DNA of 64,000 nucleotides, taken from the NCBI GenBank assembly GCA_963841735.1, contig CAWJDT010000001.1, positions 1,152,001 through 1,216,000 of the forward strand, written 5' to 3'. The translations under genes were made by a program, and so were the position numbers. The notes under the pieces are model-generated. The model was not told where the DNA came from. It searched no databases and was given only the letters and a program-made list of their open reading frames with translations. The stretch is from an uncultured Actinomycetes bacterium (lineage in GTDB: Bacteria; Actinomycetota; Thermoleophilia; RBG-16-64-13). Positions 16,934-29,575 of this stretch are shown piece after piece (within the stretch, counting starts at the first letter, position 1; every line of letters starts with the position of its first letter).

Positions 16934-18204
16934 CGGCCCAGCGTCTCCATGCCGGCCGGCATCAGTGGGCGCAGGACGGCTGGGACTTCCACCAGCCCGC
17001 CCTCGGTCTGGTAATTCTCCATGATGGCGATCATTGTCCGGCCAAGGGCGACCACGGTGCCGTTGAGAGTATGCAGGAGATAGGCGCCGCCCTTCTCTCC
17101 CTTGGCCCGCACCTTCAGGCGGCGGGCCTGGTAATCGGTGCAGTTGGAGCAGGAGGTCACCTCCCGGTAACGTGCCTGGGTGGGCAACCACGCCTCCAGG
17201 TCGTACTTCTTGGCGGCTGGGGCGCCCAAATCGCCGGCGGCGATATTGACCGCCTGGTAGGGTAGACCCAGCTCCTGGAGGACCTCCTCCTCGATGGAGC
17301 GCATGAAGTCGTGCTCCGCGGCCGACTTGTCGGGAGCGCAGAAGCTGAACATCTCCACCTTGTCGAACTGGTGCACGCGGAAGATGCCTCGAGTATCTTT
17401 GCCGGCCGCCCCAGCCTCCCGCCGGAAGCAGCTGGAATAGCCCACATAGCGCAGGGGCAGGTCGGCCTCGTCGACTATCTCATCCATGTGCAGCGCGGCC
17501 AGAGGCACCTCGGAGGTGCCCACCAGGTTGAGTCCGTCGGCCTCCACGCGGTACACCTGTTGCATGTCTGTGGGGAAGAATCCCGTGCCGTACATGGCTT
17601 CGTCGCGAACGAGCACGGGCACCACCGCGGGCCTGAAGCCCTTGGAAGCAAGCTTCTCCAGCGCGAACCGCACCAACGCGAACTGCAGGAACACCAAGTC
17701 GCCCATTAGGTAGGCGAAGCGGCTGCCTGAGGTACGGGCGCCCCGGTCCATGTCGATGAGCCCGTGGGGGGTCGCCAGGTCTAAATGGTCAACCGGGGTG
17801 AAGGCGAAAGTGCGCGGCGTGCCCCACTGGTGAAGCACAACGGAGTCCTCTTCGCCGCCACTGGGCGTCGTTGGATCGGGCAGGTTGGGGACTCGGAGAA
17901 GACCCTCCTCCAAAGCCGTCTCCACGTCCTTGAGCGCGGCCTCCAGGTCTTTGATCTCGTCCCCCACCGTGCGCATGGCCTCTATCCTGGGTGTGGCGTC
18001 CTGCTTGTCGCGCTTGAGAAGGGCGATCTCCTCGCTCACGGTGTTCCGAAGGCTGCGCCGCTCCTCCACCTGCACCAGGAGTTCGCGGCGTGAGAGGTCC
18101 AATTCGAGCAACCGCTCCAGCGCGGCCTCGGCACCGGCACCCCGGCGGCGTAAGGCCTCCCTCGCCGATTCGGGATCGCTGCGGATGAGTTTGATATCGA
18201 GCAT
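16930..18204 (-). CDS. serS: serine--tRNA ligase
   Basis: MLDIKLIR, GTSEVPL, FRREAG, RVHQFDKVE, SCSNCTDYQARR, HTLNGT. Confidence 0.98.
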   Translation of the reverse strand: MLDIKLIRSDPESAREALRRRGAGAEAALERLLELDLSRRELLVQVEERRSLRNTVSEEIALLKRDKQDATPRIEAMRTVGDEIKDLEAALKDVETALEEGLLRVPNLPDPTTPSGGEEDSVVLHQWGTPRTFAFTPVDHLDLATPHGLIDMDRGARTSGSRFAYLMGDLVFLQFALVRFALEKLASKGFRPAVVPVLVRDEAMYGTGFFPTDMQQVYRVEADGLNLVGTSEVPLAALHMDEIVDEADLPLRYVGYSSCFRREAGAAGKDTRGIFRVHQFDKVEMFSFCAPDKSAAEHDFMRSIEEEVLQELGLPYQAVNIAAGDLGAPAAKKYDLEAWLPTQARYREVTSCSNCTDYQARRLKVRAKGEKGGAYLLHTLNGTVVALGRTMIAIMENYQTEGGLVEVPAVLRPLMPAGMETLGR

Positions 18205-18238
18205 GCGACCCTCCTCGGGTACGTACCGGTGGTTTCTT

Positions 18239-19229
18239 CTAGCGGGCCGTGGCTTGATCCAGAGGCCGGCCCACAGGATAGCTGCCCAACACAGTCAAGC
18301 GCGGCAACTTGCAGCAGAGGCAGCGCAGGGCGTCGGCGATGGAGAGGTCGTCCACCTTGCCCTCCATATCGACGATGAAGATGTAGTCGCCCAGCCTCCG
18401 CTTGGAGGGGCGCGACTCGATCTTGGTGAGGTTGATATGCCGGAAAGCGAACTCCTGCAGAATCAAGAGAAGGGCCCCTGGCTGGTCCTTGACGATCTCG
18501 CATACCACCGACGTCTTGTATGGTTCGAACCAGTCCTGGCGCTCGCGCTGCCGGGCCAGGAACACGAAGCGCGTCTCGTTGTCCGCGTGGTCTTCGATGT
18601 CGGCCGCGAGCACGGCGCATCCATACGTGGTGCCCGCCAGCCGGTTGCCGATAGCGACCCAGGGCTCGTCGGTCGAAGACAACCTGTTCCACCGCGTTCG
18701 CCGTCGAGTTGGCAGCCACGATCTCCCGGCCGGGAAGGTTCTGCCTTAGCCAGATGCGGCACTGCCCGTTGGCATGGGGATGCGAGATCACCTTGGTGAT
18801 CTGGTCCAGGGTCACTCCGGGGCGCGCCAGAAGGCAGTGGCGGATGGGATGCCGTACCTCTCGCACCATCTGTAGGTTGTCGATCTCGTGCGCCAGAACG
18901 TCGATAGTGGCCGAGACCGAGCCTTCGATGGAGTTCTCGATAGGCACGATGGCGCAGTCGACCTTTCCCGTCGATACCGCTTCTATGGTCTCCTGCATGG
19001 AACCAAAAGGCAGGAACAGCCGGCTGCGACCGCTCGGTGACTTCTCGTCGAGGGTCGCCCTCAGCGCCTCTTCCGTGAACGTCCCGGCGGGACCGAGAAA
19101 GCCCACGGTGGTCGCCGCCACCGGCAACGGCTCGGCGAGTGATGACACCGCCCAGGGGATGACGCCGGGCCTCGCCGCGTCACAGGCCACGCGGATCTCC
19201 CTCGTCGTCGAAGGCTGAGGACCATTCAT
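18239..19229 (-). CDS. pheA: prephenate dehydratase (frameshift near 18677, probably sequencing error)
   Basis: FLGPAGTFTEEA, VPIENSIEGSV, SHPHA in one frame; NETRF, PGAL..IL..FA...INLTKIESRP, LGSYP in the next. Confidence 0.88.
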
Positions 19230-20055
19230 CGTCGTAGCCGGGAGCACGACGGGGCTCGTCCCCAATGTCGTTCTCGGGCTCGTCCGAGTGACTGAGTGTC
19301 TGTTTGCGCTGCTGGACGAAGTGCTCCGCCAGACTTACGCCCAGTGGTGTTGGCGTCTCCGGCGCGTCCCAGCCTTTGGCCGAGGCAGGTACCGCCCCCT
19401 CCACCAAGGGCATGCCCTTCCTCTTACGCCTGCGGTTCTCTCGCTCCAACTCCCGGTCGCTCATGGGGCGCAGGCCGGGCAGTCCGGTCGCCATCGGCGC
19501 GCCATCGTCAACGGGGCCGGCGTCGGCCCGGACGAACTCCTCCTCGTCGGACCCCTCGACCCTTGGGCGGATGGTGAACGGCGCGCTCCCCCGGGCCTGG
19601 TTGACCGCGTCAGCCTCTTCGGGAGCTAGGGCGATGTCTCCTTGCCCGTCCTTGATCAACTTCACGTACATGCGGGCGAAGTCACGACTCACCACGGTAG
19701 TGATGACCACACCGTCACTGGCCGCATTCAAGAACGCGACGGCGGTGCTCTGCCTCCCGCCCAGGTCGTGGTAGGCGTCGAAGCGGACGATGCCCACTCG
19801 AGACAGGGAGCCGTCTATGCGCACGTCATGATCGCGGGCTGCCAGAGTCAGATCCTCCAGGGCAAGGCGCATGTTGGTGAGCTTGTCGTCGACGGCCGAG
19901 ACGTGCTCCACGATGTCTACTGAGCCCCGGGAGCCCATGATGACGTACTGATTTCGGCGATATCGTTGTAGTGACCTAAAGACGAGCACCAACCCTGTCG
20001 TCGTGAACGCCGCCACGACGAGGGCCAGTATCGCGATTATCTCGGCTGGCTGCAC
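19180..20055 (-). CDS. DUF4446-family protein with C-terminal extension
   Basis: N-terminal TM, VGIVR[F]DAY.DLGG.QS..VA.L....DGVVIT...SR...R.Y.K. Confidence 0.75.
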   Translation of the reverse strand: MQPAEIIAILALVVAAFTTTGLVLVFRSLQRYRRNQYVIMGSRGSVDIVEHVSAVDDKLTNMRLALEDLTLAARDHDVRIDGSLSRVGIVRFDAYHDLGGRQSTAVAFLNAASDGVVITTVVSRDFARMYVKLIKDGQGDIALAPEEADAVNQARGSAPFTIRPRVEGSDEEEFVRADAGPVDDGAPMATGLPGLRPMSDRELERENRRRKRKGMPLVEGAVPASAKGWDAPETPTPLGVSLAEHFVQQRKQTLSHSDEPENDIGDEPRRAPGYDDEWSSAFDDEGDPRGL

Positions 20056-20073
20056 TTGCGCTTCCTCCGGCCC

Positions 20074-21150
20074 CTAAAGCTTAAAGATGACATTGGCTTC
20101 TATCCAATTGTTGTTGCTGTTCTTCTCTTGTTGCACCGGCCCCACCTGCACGCGCAGGAGGGCTACTTCGCCGTATTCGGCCGGGGTGAGGCCCTCGATC
20201 GTGACCTCGATCTCGGTGCCGGCCTTGATCGACGGGATCTTCATGCTGGCTTCCACGGGTTCGGCCGATTCCGACGAGCGCAGGGAGATGACTACCGGCA
20301 CGAAGGTTTCGTCCATGTTCCCTTGGTTCTCCACGGTCACCACGAAGGTCAGTTCGTTGCTCATAGTAAGGTTGAACGTGCCGCCGGAGGTGATCTCCTT
20401 GTCGTCGGGCGTGGCTACTACCTTCTTCAGAGCCACACCGTGTACGGCCTGCAGGACGCCGGTGCTCTTCAGCCGGGCCAAGATGGCAAGGGCCTCGGTC
20501 TTCGAGGCGAGATTCGGGTCGGACAAGAACTGGCTGGTTGGCACAAGGACCCCGCTGATCTCCTGCTCGCCCAGGATCGTGGTGGTCTTTCGCACGAAGA
20601 CCTCCGCGTACAGAAAGTCGGAGGAAGTGAGGAAGTAGAGCGCGTTCTGGATCTGCCGGGCTGGGACCTCCGTGTCCTGGACCTCGAGGGCACCCATGAT
20701 GGCCGGTTTTAGCTCGCTCACGCCCCGTTGCCGGAAGTTCATGACCACCAGGAACATCTGCTGGACATTGAGCAGATCTTCGGGGGTCTCGAGCTTCTGA
20801 GCCTCCACCTCCAGCTGTTCGCAAGTGCCTATGAAAGAGTCAAGCCTGCTCTGGACCTGAGCGCGATTGGTGTCGCCTGGGTCGGTCAGCAACTGGTTCA
20901 GGTCGGCGCCCACCTCGTCCGAGCGCTCGAGGATGTCGGCCACCGCCAGCATGTAGCGGTTGTAGTCGGACGCATCGCCGCCGGATGAACAACCCCGGGA
21001 GGCCACCACGATGATCACAATCAGCAGGATGAGGGCAGCCACAAATAACACCAGTCGGATCATTGGCTTGGGCAGTCTCCTGCTCGGCCGCCGCTTCCGC
21101 TCTCCGGTGTCTAACACAAATCGAGTGTTGTCTCTGTCCAGATTCGTCAT
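20074..21150 (-). CDS. hypothetical membrane-anchored protein with C-terminal CARDB/Ig-like domain
   Basis: Single TM, helical region, VTVENQG...V.V...E.N..NN motif. Confidence 0.7.
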   Translation of the reverse strand: MTNLDRDNTRFVLDTGERKRRPSRRLPKPMIRLVLFVAALILLIVIIVVASRGCSSGGDASDYNRYMLAVADILERSDEVGADLNQLLTDPGDTNRAQVQSRLDSFIGTCEQLEVEAQKLETPEDLLNVQQMFLVVMNFRQRGVSELKPAIMGALEVQDTEVPARQIQNALYFLTSSDFLYAEVFVRKTTTILGEQEISGVLVPTSQFLSDPNLASKTEALAILARLKSTGVLQAVHGVALKKVVATPDDKEITSGGTFNLTMSNELTFVVTVENQGNMDETFVPVVISLRSSESAEPVEASMKIPSIKAGTEIEVTIEGLTPAEYGEVALLRVQVGPVQQEKNSNNNWIEANVIFKL

Positions 21151-21180
21151 ACGTAACGGCGCTGCCCGAAAGAAAATTGA

Positions 21181-21267
21181 TGGTGGGCGAGGGGGGACTT
21201 GAACCCCCATGAGCGTAAGCTCACTAGACCCTGAACCTAGCGCGTCTGCCAATTCCGCCACTCGCCC
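21181..21267 (-). tRNA. tRNA-Leu(CAG)
   Basis: GGGCGAG acceptor stem, CTAGG-TTCAGGG-TCTAG anticodon arm, long variable arm, encoded CCA. Confidence 0.96.
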
Positions 21268-21279
21268 GAAGCGACCCGG

Positions 21280-21288
21280 ATTATAACA
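21280..21288 (-). promoter_or_regulatory. extended -10 promoter of tRNA-Leu
   Basis: TGTTATAAT on minus strand 13 nt upstream of the tRNA. Confidence 0.6.
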
Positions 21289-21418
21289 TGGAGCCGCTGA
21301 AGCCAGACGCTGTTTGACGCGAGGCGTGGTGGGAATAAGGAGCCATGCGTTGTCGGCGCGGACGGCTTTTGGTCTAAGTGCGAGCAACGCAACGGAGACG
21401 CAGCCAAAGGAGCGCCGC

Positions 21419-21967
21419 ATGTACTGCCCCGACTGCCGAGTACCGCTGTATGCCACGGAATACATGGGTGTGCGTGTCGATGAATGCCCCCAATGTCTGG
21501 GCCGCTGGTTCGATCGCGACGAGTTGCGTCGGGCCAAGGATCACGCCGACCCCGACCTGCGCTGGCTCGATTTCGACGTGTTCGCGCGTGAACCGAGTGA
21601 TTCGCCCGACGGCGCCAAAGGACGAGATTGCCCGCGCGACCTGGTGAAGATGGGTGTGGTCGTCTATGAGAAATCCGGGGTCTGCATCGACAAGTGCGGG
21701 CAGTGTCTGGGTGTCTGGCTGGATCACGGGGAATTCGAGAAGATCGTGAAGCACCTGGAGCAAGAGGTCGATTCGGAGACCGCCAAGCAGTACCGCGAGG
21801 AGGCCAAGAAGCAGCTCGCACAGGTGTTCAAAGGACCCGAAGGGCCGCTTTCCGAACTGCGCGACTTGTTCGCCGTTCTGCATCTGCTCAAGACGCGCGT
21901 CGGGGTGGAGCAGTCCAGCCTAGCCAATGCTCTCAACACCGTCTGGGTGATCAACCCCTTCAAGTAG
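21419..21967 (+). CDS. tandem zf-TFIIB domain protein
   Basis: CPDC...VDECPQCLGRWFDRDEL and CPRD...IDKCGQCLGVWLDHGE. Confidence 0.85.
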   Translation: MYCPDCRVPLYATEYMGVRVDECPQCLGRWFDRDELRRAKDHADPDLRWLDFDVFAREPSDSPDGAKGRDCPRDLVKMGVVVYEKSGVCIDKCGQCLGVWLDHGEFEKIVKHLEQEVDSETAKQYREEAKKQLAQVFKGPEGPLSELRDLFAVLHLLKTRVGVEQSSLANALNTVWVINPFK

Positions 21968-22086
21968 ACTGTCGCTTGGCCGGACCCCTGGGTGGGGGCG
22001 CGACTGGGGATCTCGCTTCACCGCATACGGGATTGTGCGCATCGGGAGCGAACTAATACCAAGTTCCCCAACGATATACTGGAGCC

Positions 22087-23782
<1,696 letters not shown>

Positions 23783-23794
23783 GAGGAAGCGCTG

Positions 23795-24849
23795 ATGTGG
23801 TCGTGGCGACAGAGTGAGCCCCGCGGGAAGAACGCTTCGAAGCTGTACGTACAGCCGTCCGAAGTGGCGGGAAAGCTCGTCAAAGAAATGGAAGACGACA
23901 AGGTGGCGCGGGGTCCGCACGTGTCGGTGCGCAATCGCTACACCGTGTACCTCTGCCGGGAGGACTATGAGCGTTGGCGCCGGCAAGAGGACCAGCTGGT
24001 GGCCAAGCTGGAGATGCATCTCAGCCGGCACATGCGACAGCAAGCGATATGAAGCTCCTGGTGCCATCTGCGTCAGGTTGGCGCCCGATCCCGATCTCAA
24101 GCTGGGGCACTATGGTATCTACGCTGAACGGGAGATGCCGTCTGGCGTTGTGCGAAAGGGAAGAGTGGCCTCCTCTCAGTCTTCGGCTGGAGTGGTCGGT
24201 CGTGCCGCGGCCGGAGCCGCGGGCGCCGCGGGGATAGGAGCCGGTCTGGCCGGCCGGGTATCCGGTGGTACCGGAGTGGCGAGCGTCGGTCCCGCCGGAA
24301 TGGCAGCGGCTCGTGCCGCGGCTTCGCGGGCGGCAGCGGCTCGTGAGGCTGAAGGCCTCTCGGTCTCCGGCATCGTTCAGGCCAAGGCCGACGTCCACGC
24401 GGAGGTTGATGAGGCTTCCCCCTAGCCGTGTGTCGGTCCGTCCGGAGCGCCCTGCTGCGGCTCAGCTCCGGCCGGAGCCGGTCCGGCCCGCGATTCCTCC
24501 TCGCGCCGAGCGGACCGCGGGAGTGACTCAGGTCATCTCAGCGGGTGACGTCGCGCAACTCGGTCTTGCCAAGCAGACCATCGTGTTGCGGGCTAACAAC
24601 CAGGAGTATGAGTTCAACAAGGGCCGGGTGATCGTGGGTCGCTCGCGGGATGTCGATTTCCGGGTCGACAACGCCGACGTTTCGCGCCGGCATGCGGCTT
24701 TCTTTTGGTCAGAAGGTAGCATCATGGTCAAGGATCTCGGTTCCACGAACGGGACGATGGTCAACGGTTACCCTGTGGAATCCAGCATCGTCCGTCCTGG
24801 TGACGTCGTGTTGGTAGGGGACTGCTTCATCACTGTGGAATACAGGTAG
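23795..24849 (+). CDS. FhaA-like DUF3662 + FHA domain protein (frameshifts near 24036 and 24420)
   Basis: VQPSEVAGKLVKEMED...NRYTVYL (DUF3662); VGRS...VSRRHA...DLGSTNGTMVNG (FHA). Confidence 0.82.
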
Positions 24850-24874
24850 AGCCCGCGAACTGGATGAGTAGCCC

Positions 24875-25387
24875 ATGCTGGAAATAGTCTTACTGGCCGG
24901 GAAATTCATATTCCTCGGTCGTTCTCTATCTTTTCATCTACAAGGTAGTCCGCTCGACTACCCGCGAGCTGCGGGCGGCCGCACCGGTGGCGGCGGCGCC
25001 GCATTGGCATGCTTCTGACGGAGCGCATGTCGGCGGCGGAGTGGCGATGCCGTTGGTCTCGACCGCTTCTGCGCCGAGACCCGGGACATGGACCCTCCGC
25101 GTGCTCAAGAGCCCGACCATACCGGTGGGAGCAGCCTATGCGCTCCAGCCGGGCGCTCACGCCATGGCCGGCCGCTCTCCGAGGACATGGACATCTTTCT
25201 CGATGACACTTTTGTATCGGCCAAGCATGTCTTGTTCGAAGTCACGGCCGCCGGGCTGCAGATGGAAGACCTCCGCAGCACCAATGGGACGCAGGTGAAC
25301 GGTTCGGACACCGAGGGCGCCGTGCTGCTGAGGCCGGGAGATCGGGTGGAAGTAGGCGACACGGTGTTCCAGGTGGAGGCGGAGTGA
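24875..25387 (+). CDS. FhaB-like FHA domain membrane protein (frameshifts near 24916 and 25177)
   Basis: MLEIVLLAGKFIFL TM start; D.FVSAKH...EDLRSTNGTQVNG...LRPGDRVEVG. Confidence 0.8.
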
Positions 25388-26830
25388 TGCGCCTAAGGGC
25401 CGGTGTCGCCAGCGACTGCGGTCTTGTCAGGCCGGCCAACGAGGACTCCTTTCTGCTCAGGACGGGGCTCTACGCGGTCTGTGACGGGATGGGGGGAGCC
25501 CGGGCGGGAGAGGTGGCTTCGCAGATGGCCTGTCTGGGATTGGTCGCGTTAGACCCGGCGTCGGCGGGGGAGCCGGATCTTCGCCGGGCGATCGCCAGTA
25601 CCAACAAGGCCATCACCGGCCGTAGCGCGTCCGAGGAGCATCTGCTGGGCATGGGCACCACGATCACGGTTGCCCTTGTCAAGGCGGAGAGTCTCATCGT
25701 GGCCCACGTGGGCGACTCGCGGGCGTACGTGCTGCACGCAGGCGAGCTGGCCCAGGTCACCGACGACCATTCGTGGGTGGGAGAGATGGTGCGCAGGGGC
25801 GAGATCACCCTGGCTCAGGCAGCTGTCCACCCGCATCGCAGCGTCATCACCCGCGCTCTGGGGACCGACGGAGACGTCATCCCCGGACACGACGGAGGTT
25901 CCGCTGACTCCGGGCGACAGGGTGCTTCTCTGCAGTGACGGTCTCACCGGCATGGTCACCGACCAAGTCATAGCGGAGTTGCTGCAGCAAGGCGAATGAT
26001 CCGCAGGAGACTGCCGATGCGCTTGTCATGGCCGCTCTCGCCGGCGGGGGGGAAGACAACGTGACCGCGATCGTCGTCCATGTCGAGGCCGACCAGGATT
26101 CGGTGGCAGGCGAGGACGGCGGACGCGCGGTCGATGACCGTATCCTTTTCGGGCCGAGCGACAGGAGCGCCTCGGTCGCTGGGCCCTCACACCGCTCTAG
26201 GCGCGCCGCGGCTGCGGTGCGCGAGCGCTTGGGCCGGCGCGTGACCCCGCTGGCCCGGCCGGTGGCGGCGCCGCCCGCTTCGGCCGAGCCGGTCTCAGCC
26301 GCGCCGGTCTCTGCAGAGCCGGTCTCCACGGAGACCTGCCATCGCCGTGACGGCCTCGATCGAGGAGGTAGCCTTGTTTGAAGCCTCGGCCGCTGAGGCT
26401 TCGTGCTCTCGAGGCCCCGGTCGTCGGGGTGCCCGCCGAGCCTTCCACTGAGCAGGTCACGGTGACTTCCTCCCCCGAGGCGGAACCGAAGCCGGCCGGC
26501 GGAAGAGCGCACACTCGGAAGCGGCGCCGCTGGATCTACTGGACCGTCGTCGTGTTCCTTGTGGTGGTGATAGCCGTGGGCGCTCTCGCCTGGTTCAACT
26601 CCACCGTCTACTACGTGGGCGACTACAACGGCAAAGTGGCCCTCTTCAACGGGCTGCCGTTCAGCGTGCTCGGCGTCGATCTGTCGTCGGTGTATCAACT
26701 GAGCACCGTGCAATACGAGTCGCTGACCCCCTATCAACGGGAGCAGGTGGACTCACACGACCTGCTCAGCAAGGAGGAAGGGCAGCAGTTCCTCCGGACG
26801 CTGCCCCTCACAGGCAGCAGTGGGCAGTGA
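25384..26830 (+). CDS. Stp1/PstP PP2C-type phosphatase with C-terminal TM domain (several frameshifts)
   Basis: SDCGLVR.ANEDS, VCDGMGG, HVGDSRAY, LLCSDGL, GGEDNVT, then TM and YYVG...VALFNG.P, spread over consecutive frames. Confidence 0.82.
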
Positions 26831-28098
26831 GCCTGCGCAACCGCGAGCTCGTCTTTCTGATACCAGCCCTAGTCCTCACCACAGTGGGGTTTGCGCTGGT
26901 CTATACCGAGAAGTCCTCCACGCTCAGCTGGTCGTCGCTCTCCTACGGGGCGCTCTTCCTGGCCCTGTTCGTCATCGCTCACCTGGGTGGCCGGATACTT
27001 GCCGCCAAGGCCGATCCGTATCTCCTGCCGGTAACGGCGTTGCTCTCCACGCTGGGAATCGTGCTCATCTACCGCATCAACGTGGACCTGGCGCTCAAAC
27101 AGGCCATGTGGCTGGCCGCGGGCCTAGTGGCGTTCCTGCTTGTGCTGGCCTTCGTGCGCGACCTCAAGCGGCTCTACCGGTACCGTCTTATTGTGGGGAT
27201 CCTCGGTCTCTCGCTCTTGCTCTTCACGGCGGCGTTCGGGCGAGAGATCAACGGAGCCCGACTCTGGGTATCTTTGGGGCCCATCAGCTTCCAGCCCGCG
27301 GAGTTCGGCAAGATCTTGCTCATGATCTTCTTCGCCGCCTACCTGGTTGACATCCGGGAGATGCTGACCGTCAGTACGCACCGGGTCCTGGGCGTGCCGC
27401 TGCCGCCCTTCCGCTACCTGGCTCCTCTGCTCACCATCTGGGTCGTGTCCATGGCTCTCATGGTCTTCATGAAAGACCTGGGTACGAGCCTTCTCTTCTT
27501 CGGTGCTCTGCTGGCTCTTCTGTACGCGGCCACGGGGCGCATCTTCTACGTGTTGGTCGGATTGGTCCTGTTCTTCATAGGGGCCACCGTGCTCTACTTC
27601 ATCTTTCCGCACGTGCAGACCAGGGTGGACATCTGGCTAGATCCCTGGCAGGACCCTCGTGGCAAGGGATATCAGATCGTTCAGTCGCTTTTCGCCCTGG
27701 GCGGGGGTGGGCTTTTCGGAAGCGGACTGGGCCAAGGCTACCTCATCGCCTCCTCCGGGGAGACGATAATCCCCCACCTGGAGACCGATTTCATCTTCTC
27801 TGCCATCGGGGAGGAACTGGGTCTTGTCGGGGCGGCGGGCATTATCCTTCTCTATCTCGTGTTCACATACAGAGGCTTCCGCGTGGCCGTGACGGCCAAG
27901 GACGACTTCAGCCGCCTGCTGGCCACGGGTCTCACCAGCATCTTCGCCCTGCAGGCCTTCCTCATCATCGGGGGAGTGATCAAGCTGATCCCGCTAACGG
28001 GGATCACCCTGCCGTTCGTGAGTTACGGGGGAAGCTCGATCGTGGCCAACTTCGTCCTTCTGGCTCTGCTACTGCGTATGAGTGACAGGGCGGGCTAG
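26827..28098 (+). CDS. rodA: FtsW/RodA/SpoVE-family SEDS protein
   Basis: NGARLW, SFQPAEFGK, KDLGT, TDFIFSAIGEELG, LTGITLPFVSYGGSS. Confidence 0.92.
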   Translation: MSLRNRELVFLIPALVLTTVGFALVYTEKSSTLSWSSLSYGALFLALFVIAHLGGRILAAKADPYLLPVTALLSTLGIVLIYRINVDLALKQAMWLAAGLVAFLLVLAFVRDLKRLYRYRLIVGILGLSLLLFTAAFGREINGARLWVSLGPISFQPAEFGKILLMIFFAAYLVDIREMLTVSTHRVLGVPLPPFRYLAPLLTIWVVSMALMVFMKDLGTSLLFFGALLALLYAATGRIFYVLVGLVLFFIGATVLYFIFPHVQTRVDIWLDPWQDPRGKGYQIVQSLFALGGGGLFGSGLGQGYLIASSGETIIPHLETDFIFSAIGEELGLVGAAGIILLYLVFTYRGFRVAVTAKDDFSRLLATGLTSIFALQAFLIIGGVIKLIPLTGITLPFVSYGGSSIVANFVLLALLLRMSDRAG

Positions 28099-29509
28099 AT
28101 GGACAAGCCTCTTCGTCGTCTCTTCTTGGTCTTCTGCCTGCTCTTCGTGGCCCTGCTGGTGCAGCTCACCTACGTGCAGGTGGTGGCACGCACCCAAGCT
28201 CAAGGTCAATCCTGCAAACACCCGAGCCCTACAAGAGGAGATGATGGTCGACCGGGGAGTCATCCTCTCCGCCGACGACGTCCCGCTGGCCGTGAACAGG
28301 CAGGAGGGCCGGTATTTCTACCGCGAGTACCCGTTGGGCGGTCTCACCTCTCCGTGGTTGGGCTACAACAGTCTGCAGTACGGCCGGGCCGGAGTCGAAC
28401 GGGTCTACAACGAGGAGCTGTCTGGGGCAGTCGGGCATCTCTGGGGGTGGTGACCTACTGGGACAAGATTCTGGACAAGGCTCACCGAGGCGCCGCGCTC
28501 AGATTGACCGTCAATGTGGCGGTGCAACAGGCGGCTGCAGAAGCCTTGGGCAACCGCAAAGGAGCGGTGGTGGCCCTCGACCCGCGGACCGGGGCGGTGC
28601 TGGCCATGGTGTCATACCCGCGTTACGACCCCAACGAGATCGACGATATATGGGCCGAGCTCAACTCCGATGAGGACAAGCCTCTGCTCAACCGGGCCAC
28701 CCAGGGGCTCTATCCGCCCGGGTCGGTCTTTAAGACCATCGTGGCGGCGGCGGCGCTTGAGACCGGCGCTGTCACCCCAGATACTGAGTTCGACGACACA
28801 GGTGTCTTCCTGGCGGGCGGATACGAGGTGCAGAACTACAACGAGAAGGTCTACGGGGCGCATGACTTCACCGACGCGTTCGCCAGCAGCATCAACACCA
28901 CCTTCGCCAAGATAGGGGTGGATCTGGGAGCGGGTACGCTGGCCCGCTATGCGGGCGACTTCGGCTTTGGCCAAGACATCCCGTGGCCGTTGGCCGCCTC
29001 CGCAAGCCGCTTCCCCGACCCGGCACAAATGGATACCGCCCATGTGGCTCAAGCGGCCTTCGGGCAGGGTGAGGTGTTGGCCACTCCGCTGCAGATGGCT
29101 CTGGCGATTGCGGCGGTGGCCAACGGCGGCCGCATCATGAAGCCGTACATCGTCAGCCAGGTGATCGGCTATCCGATCGATCAGCCGAAGGAGACCAAGC
29201 CGGAGGTGTGGCTGACCCCGATGACGGCCGGTGACGGCGGCCACGCTGAGGGATCTCATGGTCGAGGTGGTGAACCGGGGCACAGGAACCGGGGCCGCGT
29301 TGAACAGCGTCCAGGTAGCAGGCAAGACAGGGACGGCCGAAGTGGCAGATGCCGAAGCACACGCTTGGTTCGCGGGCTTCGCGCCTGCCGATGACCCCCA
29401 AGTGGTGGTGGCGGTGCTGGTTGAGAACGCCGGTACCGGGGGCAGCGTGGCCGCTCCCATCGCACGCCAGGTTATCGCGGCGGCCCTGGGCTCTGACTTC
29501 TTCCTGTGA
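28099..29509 (+). CDS. pbpA: class B penicillin-binding protein PbpA (frameshifts near 28189, 28425-28441 and 29230)
   Basis: RGVILSAD, YPPGSVFK (SxxK), SINT (SxN), AGKTGTAE (KTG). Confidence 0.88.
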
Positions 29510-29575
29510 CGCACTATCGCGCCCGGGGGTAAACTTGACGGTCGATACGAGAGAAGGGCAAAGGACGAGAATATC

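Noticed and set aside
25997-25999. TGA inside pstP as possible selenocysteine
   Set aside because: Homology continues in another frame after removing one A, so this is an indel and not readthrough
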